Below, piece by piece: positions 38,060 through 50,702 of a DNA stretch of 64,000 nucleotides; position 1 is the stretch's first letter, and each line of letters starts with the position of its first letter. Source of the stretch: Octopus sinensis (taxonomy: Eukaryota). A program made the translations under genes and the position numbers. The stretch is taken from positions 74,648,001-74,712,000 of the forward strand of contig NC_043007.1 in the NCBI RefSeq assembly GCF_006345805.1, given 5' to 3'. The notes below the pieces were generated by a model. It was not told the DNA's origin. It saw only the letters and a program-made list of their open reading frames with translations, and did not search any database.

Positions 38060-40241
38060 ATATTTGTTGCAGAGTACATCGGATGTGTTTTCGAACGCTC
38101 CAAGTAAGTTCATTTTAAAACGTTTGCTTACAACAGTCGGGTGCAGGTCTTTTAGGTTTACATTTTGTTCCAAGTTAACAGAAACACCAGGAACCTGTCA
38201 TTGGTTTTCTGTGTTTGTTTGGCCCCTCGCAGAGCTATATTCGGCCCAGAAAATAAGTTCGGTGGGCCTTTAATTTTAATCATATACAATTCAACAAGAT
38301 GGCGGAGAGCATCTTGAAAGAGTTAAGAAAAAAAACTGCCCCACCCGTAGGTCTAGTGACTACTGAAGATTTCCCTCCTCTTCCCTCCGTTACTGGCGAC
38401 AATACAGGATGGGGGGGGGGAGAAAAGAGAAGAAGAGAGCATACAAAGACCACCTCGCAGGAGCAGCAGCAGTGGCAATATCGACAACAACAGTAGTAGT
38501 AGTGGTAGCAGTAACAACAGGAGAAACAGCAACAGCAGAAGCAGCAGCAGCAGCGGTGGCGGTGACAGTTTCGTTAAAAACGCTACGGATTTTAGTGAAA
38601 ACTAGCAGTATCGCCCGGCGTTGCTCAGGTTTGTAAGGGAAATAACTATAAAGCATTTTTAGAGAGTTATAGCCAAAAAATAGCAAAAAAATGGAAAAAA
38701 AAATATGGTAAATTTTTTTGAGAGTTAAAAAAGGTCGAGTTGCGTCCCCTAGACAGTCTGTGGTTTGGGTTTCTGATTCTCGACCCCATGTCGAATTTAT
38801 CGATTTTTCAGAACTTTTCAAAATTCTCGCTGCGTTAGTTTTGAATTATGACATTGAGCTATGTGTGTGTCAAGTTTCATCAGAATCGGTTGAAAGCCGT
38901 GGTCAGGGTGAGGGTACGAGAAAACAGACACACAGAAACACGCACAGACAAACTGCCGTTTATATAGAGAGAGATTATAATCCTACAATTGAAGGCGGAG
39001 TGGAGGGCAATAGCGGTGACGGTGGAGGTGAGAGTGGCAACGATGGAAGTGGCCACAACTCCATTACCAACAGCAACAAAAGTAACAACAACAACAACAA
39101 CAACAGTAACGACGACGAGAACAACAGCAAAAACAATAACAGAAATAAAAGGTTTGCTGATGTAGCGAACATAAGGAAAGAAATGTTTGCCATCGCACTC
39201 GATGACAAAACCCACGAACTCTCAAAAGCGAAAGACACCATTAAATTTCAACGGGGTAAGGCTGCAGTGCTCGTACCACCCGAAATAATAGGGGCAAAAG
39301 AGAAAAAGACAGTATACTTCAGATGCATATCACGCAAAAGTAGTAGAGCAGAAATAGCCTTCATCAGTCATGTTGAGAAAGCCCACAGAGAAATTTTAAT
39401 AGATGTGGTCCATATACAGAGAGGGAGGCAATTTGCCAGCATTGAGGTCCTCTCAAGCCATTGCTGCAGAAGCTGGATGTTTCGAAGGAGATATTGTGTG
39501 ATCTAGAATGCGGAAGATTCGTGTCGGCTTACGCGGACGACGTCACCGTAACAGTGTCGGACCTGTCCGAAGTGTTCGCAGGGCAATGTAACTGCCTTGC
39601 ATGCACTCATCCAGTGTCCGTGCATTACTGACCTGAGGAGCTTTGTCGAACAGCTGTTGTCAAGTGTAGGAAGGTTCCGGTTATCAGCCGAGTCCATTGT
39701 GGGAATCGCCCTGCTGCCTTCTTTTTGGCTGGGGGGAAAGACAGTTTTCCTCTGCCCGGTGACTATAGCGAAAGAGGTAGTGTGGTGAACGAGGCTGAAA
39801 GGGACTGAAGACAGAGACATTCCTCTCTTCGGCCGAGCCCTCATCTACTTTTTCAAGTTCCACTTGAAAAAGAAAGTGAGGGTAGAGGAGAAATACTGCC
39901 TTCCCGCCTCAGTAATTTTGCTGAGAGGTGGGTGAATGTTGCGAAAATTGCTCGAGTGAATGGGCCTAATCTGAATGTTTGTCTTTAAGCCGGAGCAGTT
40001 GAGGGGAAGAGGGTGCCTACCCGAGGTGCCCTTGACAGTCTGGGTGACTAGAATGCGTGTGGTGCCCTAGTTGACCCTGGGTAGAGCTCTCCCCTATTGG
40101 GGAATTTTGTTGCTTAATTTTTGTTAACTGTTTCTGTTTTTTTATTGTTTACGCGTTTTCTGTTTTAAACCCCACTTGCCGCTTGTTTTGTGTAGTCTCT
40201 ACATGTTTTTGTATTCGGCCATCGTGGCCAATAAAGAAGGG
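38060..40241 (+). mobile_element. Internally deleted L1/Tx1-type LINE
   Basis: ORF1-like from ATG 38299; RT piece PLLQKL...VSAYADDVTV (YADD at 39530-39541); C-terminal CPKC-x8-H-x4-C; AATAAA at 40230 followed by (ATT)n. Confidence 0.75.
38602..38974 (-). mobile_element. Non-autonomous Helitron, subfamily 2, inserted in the LINE ORF1
   Basis: Same hairpin+CTAG 3' end as subfamily 1 but a different body; removing it restores the reading frame ...DFSE-N-YNPTIE... Confidence 0.9.
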
Positions 40242-40297
<56 letters not shown>

Positions 40298-40322
40298 CAT
40301 TATTATTATCATTATCATTATT

Positions 40323-40357
<35 letters not shown>

Positions 40358-40369
40358 TATCATTATTAC

Positions 40370-43300
40370 TTTTTTTTTTCTTCTTCTTTCAAATTTGCTT
40401 CCATTTCTTGCCGAGTGTCTTCCCGACTCCTAGGGCAAAGAAACTCATAGTATACATTGGTAGGCCATTAGACCAAACTCAGTAGTTCGTTCATTTTTTT
40501 TCTTTTTTTAAATTAAAATACATGAGCAGTAACAGTTCTCACATCAACAATGCTCTTCTCAATACGTGTGATGTACCAGTTAAGACAATCTTTTGCACTT
40601 CTTGCAGGGATGGTAAGCCAGGGATAATTCTCATATAATTTTCGGTTCCCTTCTTGATCATTCCTAGTGCTCCTACGATCACTGGTATTGTAACCGCCTT
40701 GAGATGCCACATTTTCTCAATTTCAATGAGTAGGTCTTTATATTTTCTGAGCTTGTCAAACTCTTTCGCTGAGATATTATGATCACAGGGGATGCTCATG
40801 TCGATCAATAAGCAAACTTTATTGTTTTGGTCTTTCACAACAATATCTGGTTTATTGGCCTTGATGGTTCGGTCTGTATGTACTGGAAAGTCCCACAGAA
40901 TGGTTACATTTTCTCCTTCAGTTACAGCCTCAGGGTGGTGATTATACCACTTGTCGGCAGTTTTGATATTGTAATGCCGACTTATTAGCCAGTGGAGATA
41001 TTGGCCAACTCTGTCATGTCTTAATTTATACTCCACTGGTGCTAAGACTTTACATCCAGAGATTAGGTGGTCCACTGTTTCAATCATGTCGTTGCAGAAT
41101 CGGCATTTTGGGTCTGCTCCATTTTTCATCACATTGGCCTGGTAGTTCCGGGTTAATAGGCTTTGATCTTGAGCAGCCAGGATGAAACCTTCGCTCTCTG
41201 CTTTTAGCCCTGAGCTCCGTAGCCACTGATGGGTTTGCTTCTGGTCAACATCAGCTTGTTTGCTGCGGGTCACATATTTGCCGTGCAGAGGTTTCTCCTC
41301 CCACCTATCAGCCAATTGCTCGTGCGCTTTTTTCATTGCTATCATTTTCACCTTCTTTGCAACAATAGTTGCTGTACTTCCCTCGGGTTGTTCAGTTTGG
41401 GTATCCTGCACGAGATCAATAGCAAATTTTTTGCTTTCCTTTATGATAGAATGAAGCTTCTTTCGTCTCTCGTGATTTTCCACGAGTTTTAGCATCCAGT
41501 CATTCGATATTTCGAGATATTTGGCCAGTCCAATTGTGGTTGTTTTGTAAGCTAGTTCAAATTGGATCAGGCCTCGACCTCCTTGGGCTCTGGGAAGGTA
41601 AAGGCGATCTACGTCTGCCTTTGGGTGGTGCATCCTATTACAACTCAGCAGCTTGCGTATTCTCCTATCTATATTCTTTACTTCACTCATATTCCAGTTC
41701 AACACATTGTAGCTATAAGTAACAACTGGAACTGCTAAGGAATTTATAGCTAACACCTCATTACGTGCATTTAGTTCAGATTTCAGGACTGCACGAACTC
41801 TCCTATAACATTCCTTCCTGATTTTCTCTTTCATGCTTGCATGCTGAATACCAGAGCCTTCATTTATCCCTAAATATTTGTATGTTTGTTCTTGCTCAAG
41901 CTCTCTTATGACTGTGTCGACATCTAACACGACTGAATTTGTGGTCTTCACTTTCCCTTTCTGGAAAGTGGCCTTGGCACACTTCTCAAGTCCAAACTCC
42001 ATCCCGATGTCATCGCTGAATGCTTTCACGGTGCGCAATAGGCCTTCAAGTTCATTATTGTCTTTACCATAAAGTTTTAAGTCATCCATATAAAATAGAT
42101 GGCTTATTTTTTTATTGGTAATTTTATACCCATACCCTGTTCTGTTTAATTCACTTGTAAGGGGTATTAGGGCTATGCAGAATATTAAAGGTGAAAGTGA
42201 GTCACCTTGAAAAATTCCACAGTTGATGTTTATATTTTCTGAGGCAAGTACTCCACTAGAGTGGTATGATTGGAGATTCGTATTCCACAACGACATATTG
42301 TGCTTCAGGAAGTTTGAAATCACAGGGGAAATTTTGAAGATGTCCAGCGATCTCAAGATCCATGGATGCGGTATACTGTCGAAGGCCTTTTTATAGTCAA
42401 TCCATGCGGTGCTGAGATTTCTGCGCTTGTTGTGACAGTTCTCAAGGATCATACGATTGATTAGCAGTTGATCTTTGCATCCGTAAGAGCCTCGGCGGCA
42501 CCCTTTTTGTTCAATGGGGAAAATATCGTTCTTCTCCATGAATGCATATGTTTTCTCCGCCAGGATAGACAGGTTATAGGCCGATAGTTTTTTGGAAGGT
42601 TGGTTTCGTTATTCTTTGGAAGTAGGTAAGTAATGCCACTTGCTAACCATTCAGGTGTTTTCTTTGGGTCTCTCATAATTCCATTGAGCAGCTGAACTAG
42701 CTTACCGTGTGCGCATGGGAGCGATGCGAGCCAGAAATTCGGCACCTTATCTTTACCGGGGGATTTCCAATTATGGGCCTTCGTGAGTGCCTTTCTTAGG
42801 TCTGCTATTGTGATGTCTTCCCATGCTTGTTGTAAATTTTGGTAGGATCCTTCAGTTTGTATAATCCAGTCTGCATTTATGTTGTACGTCTTCTTGTCAC
42901 TCCAAATCCTTTTCCAAAAGTTTTGAACTTCTTCCATGGGAGGGGGGTCTTTAACGGTTACTTTCTCCTTCCCTATTTCTCTGTAGAATTTTTTGGCATT
43001 GGATGTGAACAGCTTATTTTGCTTGTAAAACTTGTTTCTCTTCTCAAATCTTCGTATTCTTTGGGCTTTTGCTTGGACTTTTTGTTTCAGCGTTTCTTTT
43101 ATTGATATCAGTTCTTCTCTTGGTGAGGATCCAAATTTTCTCTTCATCTTTCTTCCTGTTCTGGATCTTACATCATTTCCACATATTAGTTCATTTAATA
43201 TTGATATTTCCCCTCTTATAAATTCAATCTCTTTTTCAATTTTACTTCTCCAGGTTTGATTTCTTCCCAGGTTTTGTTTTCTTTGTTTTTTCGGGGGCAT

Positions 43301-44310
43301 ACAGCTGGTTTCAATTGCCCTAGCAGAAGCGTAAATAATTTCATTTAACTCAGTAAAATCAGGTTTTAATTCTCGTATTATTTCATTTGTTACATAGTTG
43401 CCAATTTGGATTTGTTTTTATTTTGGTTTGTATTTGAGAGTTTATGAAGTGGTTCTCTATCATTCATACTTGTATGTCTTACAACTTCAAGCGTATTCAG
43501 GATTTTCTGCCTCATTTCTGCCATAGACTCTCTGTGTTCTTCAGCAAATGCGAGATCTTCAGTTACTGTTGTTTTTTCGTTTTCCTGGCTATCTTTAACA
43601 GGTACAATAAAATTTCTTGTATCTTCAGGCCTTTGCGTACTTTGGTCAGATGGCAGTCTTTCAATTAAGCCTCGTGGCGGGCTATACTGTTCATCTGATT
43701 CTTCATTTCCTTTGTGTTTTATATTTATGTCATTTTCCGTTGCGTGCTTTATCGCGCTTATTTCACTGTCTGTGAGTCTGTTATTTCTAAGGATATCCCT
43801 CCTCACATTTGCTAATTTGTTCTCGTCCAAATAGGGCCTACTGTCTTGATTCCGTGTTCTCCATATACTGTAAGAGTTTGCGGTGTGTCTCTCTTGAGAT
43901 GGCCTACCTAATGCATAGTAATAAGCGTATATTACTTCTTTATACTCTTCTCGGGTCCATTTGTTCCGCTTACATTTTTCTTTCTGTGGTGGTTGTGGTG
44001 GTGAACTCGGAGGGCTCGAGTTGGGGGATTTCCCATTCAAGTGACCATCCATGTCCGTATTCGGAGAAGAGTTTGTGCCAGTTGATGACTTTTCGATCCC
44101 AGGCTGGCTCTTCCCTGGGGGACGCGCTTCCAGATTAACCATAGGACAAGCGATTTGGTATACTGATTTAGTTTTCCTTTTAGTTTCCAAAAACATTTTG
44201 GTGCTACGATAATGTTATCATTTTTTAGCTTTGATTGGCTCGTGGGAAGACGGCCATCATTGCCGTTACAATTATAATCGTACCATTATAGCAGCCGTAG
44301 TCGGCTTATT
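40370..44310 (-). mobile_element. Near full-length R4/Dong-clade non-LTR retrotransposon (RT + CCHC + RLE), two frameshifts
   Basis: N-terminal RNKWTREEYKEVIYAYY; RT motifs YRPITCL, IDYKKAFDSIPH, GIFQGDSLSPL, YMDD; CRFC..ETVDHLISGC; KPDIVV..LIDMSIP; (TAA)n at both ends. Confidence 0.95.
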
Positions 44311-44335
44311 ATTGTTATTATCATCACCATTATTA

Positions 44336-44371
<36 letters not shown>

Positions 44372-44495
44372 TATTATTATTATTATTTATTATTATTATT
44401 ATTAATTTTATTATTATTTAAAACTGATTGATTCGGTTCAGACTCCTACTGAATGTTTTAAGCGCCTTTTTCTTTCGTTTGTCCGCTCGATTGAT

Positions 44496-44571
<76 letters not shown>

Positions 44572-45333
44572 TGTATGTATGTATGTATGTATGTATGCAA
44601 TTAGCCAATTTCCATATTCACTCTTGCTGCTGGTGGTGGTGGTGGTGGTGGTGGTGGCGGTGGAGGTGGTGATGATGGTGGTAGTGGTGGTGGTGATGTT
44701 AGTAGTGGTGGGTTACTGCCTTTTATAGGGCTCAGCTGCCATATCTAATTCAAGCTAAAAATCACAAGCTACGGGTACTGAAAAATTTGATGAGAGTTGA
44801 TCACGTCTCTACATAAAACCAATATAAATGTAACAGATGCTTCAATGGAAAATCAGGGCATAAAATTGCTCAATAAAGCTGCTGTCGGGAAAACCAGTTT
44901 CTTTCTGCTCTTCCTTTCTTTTTTGTAGTAGTAGTAGGTGTAGTAGTAAAATTACTGCTTGTAATTTTAAAATGAAGCACATCAACCGCTGATTAGATAT
45001 TTTATACTCTTGCCAAATGCTGTTCCACCTTCCTGTTAACAAGCAATGAAAGGAAGAAAGCTGACTTGAGTTCCTTCTCTTCCTCTAAACCACTTCTGCT
45101 TCAAGAATCTAACATGACTAGCAGCAACAAATTGGTATCAGTTGCATAGCTAGGAGGTGGTGATGGGTGCTGCTCGCCCTCCCCCCGGGTGGTGGTTTTA
45201 TGGGAGCGCCGCTCTTGGGTCAATTGCATAAGCTTATGTAGGAACAGAGTAGCGGCAGTAAACTCAACGGCTGCCTCGGGTGGCACCCACTTGAGCCGCA
45301 ACACTGATTGCCATATTATAATTCCTGTATGCT

Positions 45334-45816
45334 ATCTATTTATTTACTGCCCACATGGGGGCTAAACATAGAGGGGACAAAGAAGGATAGACAAGAGGAT
45401 TAAGTCGATTACATCGACCCCAGTGCGTAACTGGTACTTATTTAATCGACTCCGAAAAAGGATTAAGTCTATTACATCGACTCCAGTGTGTAACGGGTAC
45501 TTAATTCATCGACCCCGAAAGGATGAAAGGCAAAGTCGACCTCGGCGGAATTTGAACTCAGAACGTAACGGCAGACGAAATACCTATTTCTTTATTACCC
45601 ACAAGGGGCTAAACACAGAGGGGACAAACAAGGACAGACATAGGTATTAAGTCGATTACATCGATCACAGTGCGTAACTGGTGCTTAATTTATCGACCCC
45701 GAAAGGATGAAAGGCAAAGTCGACCTCGGCGGAATTTGAACTCAGAACGTAACGGCAGACGAAATACCGCTAAGCATCTCGCTCGGCATGCTAACCTTTC
45801 TGCCAGCTAGCCGCCC
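45334..45816 (-). mobile_element. SINE family A multimer
   Basis: Same AAGAAATAG|GTATTTCGTC junction near 45585. Confidence 0.85.
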
Positions 45817-45877
45817 TCAAATTTCAGTATGGTATTATATCAAGAAGTTTTATTTTCATTTTCTCTATCCTCTATAT

Positions 45878-46732
45878 CGTAGCTTCCCAAAGTGGGCGAT
45901 TTCAACTTATAGGTGGGCGATGGGTGAATTTCTATAGAATGGTGGGCGATTTGAGATTTTGGTAGGCGATATGAACATTTTGTGAGTGACAATGACTTTT
46001 TGGAAATTAAGTCTGCATTTACTGATATCTAGGCATGCCTAGAATAAGGATGCACTTTCATCGATTTGGCTACACGCATGAATTTTAAAAATTCCTAACC
46101 CAATCTGTGGAAACATCTGAAATTACTTTTGCTTGCCTTCCTTATTTCATACTTGGTTGAATCTGGTTTTAACCATGCCGGGACTTTATTTTCCCATGAA
46201 AGAATTGGACTGGATGTGATACAATGAGGAGACTTGCGGCTAAAGTTGACAAGTTTGAAACAGAATGTACCTGCACTGGCTGCATCGCCCCAGACACATG
46301 GTTCTCATTAAAAAGTCTTATTCTTTTCCTTTATAATACAATCATTAATTATTTCTGCATCGGTAGTTCTGATCAATGGTTCATTTGGGGAAAATGAAAA
46401 TCAGCGTAAAAGAAAGCGACAATTTTCCAGAAGTTAATCTGTCAGCATAATATAGAGTTAACATTAGAATTTTATTTACACTAATGGCAAAAACTAAACC
46501 CACAACAAGGGATTTGTAAACAACGGCATATTTAGTCCAAACGGCACTAACAGGGCAACGAGTCTACGATATTGTGTATATTAAATGATACAGGGAAGTC
46601 CTAGGGGATTTTGTTTGTGTGTGTGTGTGGGGGGGGTCTCAGGTTTTTTTTTACACAGGTGGGCGATGGAGCATTTTTGGGCCGACAGGTGGACGATATT
46701 GCAATTTGGCGCGAAAAGTTTGGGTAACACTG
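45878..46732 (+). mobile_element. Internally deleted hAT (Charlie/Buster-like) element
   Basis: Perfect 8-bp TSD CTCTATAT; right TIR TTTGGGTAACACTG, degenerate left TIR; transposase C-terminus LWKHLKLLLLAF..SYLVESGF...GDLRLKLTSL...QTHGSH* at 46102-46311 with one internal stop. Confidence 0.85.
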
Positions 46733-47399
46733 CTCTATATCATATTTTGTAACAGCTTGAAACAGAATGTAACTCCGATGTTTTTTTTCTTTGCCCAATT
46801 ATAATAACCTTAGTTTCCTTAAAGAGACAGGCGAAATTGCTGGTCCCAGTTTTCCTTTTTCCGGACAAGCATTACGTGTGTGCTTGCATCAGCAGAAAAA
46901 ACATTTTCCCCACAGTGTCATGGGATTGAACTCGAATTTACGTGGTTGCAATGCGAGTGTCTTAATCACCCATCCATGACTACGCCCAGATTAACGATTT
47001 TTGTTTTTCAGAAAATAAGTATAACAATTATCTGGACTTGATTTTGCATCAGTCTTTTATGAAATAAAACACCAGCTATAAATGAACGAGTTTGCAGTTG
47101 TAATTGACAATGAATATTAATGTTTTTTTCTCCCTTTCTCAATAGACTTATTATCAATATCGATTTAACATGCTTTTCTGTATGGCTGCAGAGCACGCCT
47201 GACATTAGTCTAGTCATACTAGATACTCTACGTTTCCAGAATAGCAACCAAATTTATTATCTGTACAGGAAATGTCACGTCACGGGTAATAATTAGTACT
47301 TCATAGTTAGGGAAGTAAATACTAACATGCTCAATGTGATGAGCACGATGACTTTAATTAATGTAAGCTACAGCCGTTCGTCTTTACGGTTCATCAGCA

Positions 47400-47790
47400 T
47401 GGACTCAGACAGCAACAAAAAAAAGGAAGATAGAAAGCAAGCTTGATGGGATCTACGCACGCATGTTACGTGCTGTTCTTAACAAATTATGGAAACAACA
47501 TCCAACGAAGGAAGAGCCCGTGTAGAAATATGCCCAATCATACTATCAATCATTCGAGAGAAGAAAAGATATGCTGCTCGTTGCTATCGAAGCAAAAATG
47601 AATTAGTAAGTTCCTTCTGTGTGCCCCGAGCCATGGAAATTCTCATATTGGACGACGACCTTGAACGACATATATTGATAAATTTTCTCGTGATGTCAAC
47701 TTGCAAATAGAAGACCTCAAAATGTCATGAAAGACAGTAATGCTTGCAGAGAAAGCAGAGAAAGAAAGATTTTGGTCTGGACAACCCGTC
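47400..47790 (+). mobile_element. Decayed RTE-X-type LINE 3' fragment
   Basis: KLDGIYARMLRAVLNKLWKQHPTKEE...YAARCYRSKNELVSS...TTYIDKFSRDVNLQIEDL, with frameshifts. Confidence 0.7.
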
Positions 47791-47922
47791 CAAAACAGTA
47801 GACGATAGATACAGGTGTCGAGGAAACGTAAGCATTGCTCAACAATGCTTAAAGAAACCAAACAAAGCCAGGGACATAACTAAAACTCAAGCCTAAATTA
47901 TAACAGAGTACAAATCGGCCTC

Positions 47923-48222
47923 GTGGAAGCACATGGCCTAGTGGTTAGAGCAGTGGACACGCGGTCGAGGGATCGCGAGTTCGAATCTCAGACCGGGCGA
48001 TGTGTGAGTTTATGAGCGAAACACCTAAGCTCCATGCGGCTCCGGCAGAAGGTAATGGCGAAACTTCTGGATCTTTCGCCACAACTTTCTTTCACTCTTT
48101 CCTCCTGCATCTTGCAGCTCACCAGCGACGGACCGGCGTCCCGTCCAGGTGGGGAACCTATACGCCAAGAAAACCGGGAAACCGGCCCTTATGAGCCAGG
48201 CATGGCTCGAGAAGGAGCAAAC
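47923..48222 (+). mobile_element. SINE family B variant
   Basis: A box TGGCCTAGTGG, B box GAGTTCGAATCTC; shares GGCGTCCCGTCCAG and GGGAAACCGGCCC with B2. Confidence 0.75.
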
Positions 48223-48732
48223 AAATCGACCTCAATACTTGATTGGTACTGTATTTTATCGAACTCAGATAGATGAAAGATAAAGATTTACTTCAATAAG
48301 ATTTTGAACTTATAACATAGAGGGTCGTACTAAATACCACTCCATTTTTTTTCCACAATTCAGACAGCCTATTTACAGTTTCAAGTACGATATTTTTAAT
48401 TAATCGAGACCATAGCAGCACAACACCTACATTTTGTGGAAGACTAATTGGCGCAATGCCATACATTTTTTGATCTAGTTTAGTGGGTTATATTGATTTC
48501 AAATTTTGGCACAAGGCCAGCAATTTTGGGGGAAGGGATAATTCGATTACATCGACCCCAGTGCTCAACCGGTAGTTATTTTATCCCGAAAGGGTGGAAG
48601 GCAAAGTCAACTCTTTCGGCTCTTTACGTTCTGAGCTCAAATCCTGCCTCAGCCAGCTTTGGCTTTTATCCTTTCTGGTTCGATAAACTAGAGTACCAGT
48701 CAAATACTGAGGAGGATAGTCATTACTATCTA

Positions 48733-49345
48733 AGACAGCGAGCTGGCAGAATCGTTAGCACGCCGGGCGAAATTCTTAGCAGTATTTCGTCTGCCGTCAC
48801 GTTCTGAGTTCAAATTCCGCCGAGGTCGACTTTGCCTTTCATCCTTTCGGGGTCGAATAAATAAGTACCAATTACACATTGAGGTCGATATAATCGACTT
48901 AATCCGTTTGTTTGTCCTTGTTTGTCCCCTCTGTGTTTAGCCTCTTGTGGGTAGTAAAGAAATAGGTATTTCGACCAACGCTACGGTCTGAGTTCAAATT
49001 TCGCTGAGGTCGACTTTGCCTTTCATCCTTTCGGGGTCGATAAATTAAGTACCTGTTACGCACTGGGGTCGATGTAATTGACTTAATTCCTCTGTCTGTC
49101 CTTGTTTGTCCCCTCTGTGTTTAGCCCCTTGTGGGCAATAAAGAAATAAGAATCGTTAGCACGCTGGACGAAATGCTTAGCGGTATTTCGCCCGTCGCTA
49201 CGGTCTGAGTTCAAATTTCGCTGAGATCGACTTTGCCTTTCACCTTTTCGGGGTCGATAAATTAAGTACCAGTGGAACATTGGGGGTCGATGTAATCGAC
49301 TTAATTCTCTAAAATTCCAGGCCTTATTCCTATTGTAGACAGGAA
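48733..49345 (+). mobile_element. SINE family A trimer
   Basis: Restarts at GTATTTCG (~48965) and at AGAATCGTTAGC (~49150). Confidence 0.85.
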
Positions 49346-50452
49346 TATTGCTATTACTATTTGCAGTTCGGGTTCAGATACCCCTGAGCTCAAACTTTGC
49401 TTTTTTGCCTTCTAGGGTAAAAAAAATAAAAATTATAGAAAAAAGATAAGTACCAGTTGAGCATTGGGATTGGTATAATCAACTAAACCTCTCCTACTAA
49501 AATTTGTGGCCTTATGCCAAGATTTGAAACATTTCTACATTGTTTTTCCTCAACGTTTTTCAACAATTTTCGATCTATGGTACACTGATTATGACATGAA
49601 TACTATGGCACACCAACAGCTTTTAAAATGATGCATTATGTAAACTAGAAACATTGGTTTCAAATTTTGACACAAGGCCAACAAGTTCGTGGGTGGGGTG
49701 GGGTAAGCCGATATCATCGACGTCAGTGTTCAACTGGTAGTTGTATTATGGACCCCGAAAGAATGAAAGGTAAAGTCGACCTTAGTAGAATCTGAACACA
49801 GAACGTAAAGACGGAAGAAATGTCACTAAGCATTTTTTTTTTCCGGCGCCGTAACGATTCTGCTATCTTGCCGCTTTATATAAAATACAAACATTGGTTT
49901 CATATTTTGGCACGAGGCAAATTCGTGGGTTGAGGAGTAAGTCGACCTCAGTGCTTAACTGTTACTTATTTTATCGGCCCCGAAAGGATAATAGGCAAAG
50001 TCGATAACAAGCAAATATTCCTTTCTACTTTAGCCTAGTGTCTTCACGCGGGTAACGGTGTTGATCGAAGGCTTTAACTTTGTAGCGCAGCTAAGGAGAG
50101 GGCTTCACCGGGAACGACACTTTTGTGAGAGCGGTACTTTTGAGGTCTGCTGTATAAGTCAGTATAGGGGATCAGGGGCCAGACTGGAGTGGGGATAAAC
50201 TCTATAGCAACTCCGGGCGATGCACACTGCAGTTGCATTTTTATACGTTATTTGAAAATGTAATTATACCTTCATAATGGATTGGAAAGTGTGTATGTAT
50301 GTATGTGTGTGTATTTATACATATGTATGTGCATGTGCATTTCCGCATTTGTGTGTTTGTATGTGTGTCTGTATATTTGTATATACATATATACGTATGT
50401 GTTTGTGTTCGTATGCGTGTGTGTGCGTATATACACACAAACAACACACACA

Positions 50453-50494
<42 letters not shown>

Positions 50495-50702
50495 ATATAT
50501 AATATATATATATATATATACATACGTGATTTTGTGCATGTGTATACGTATATACGTATTTATATGTTTGTGCTTGCGTGTATGAGTAAGTATGTATATA
50601 TGTACTTATGTACGTGTATTTGTATGTTTGTATGTGTGTGTACATGTATGTGTGTATGCCCATGTATTTGTGTGTGTATATATATATGTACATACATACA
50701 TA

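Noticed and set aside
38299-39506. Ser/Asn-rich ORF as a host gene
   Set aside because: Contiguous with RT and CCHC remnants and a LINE-type 3' end; it is the TE ORF1.
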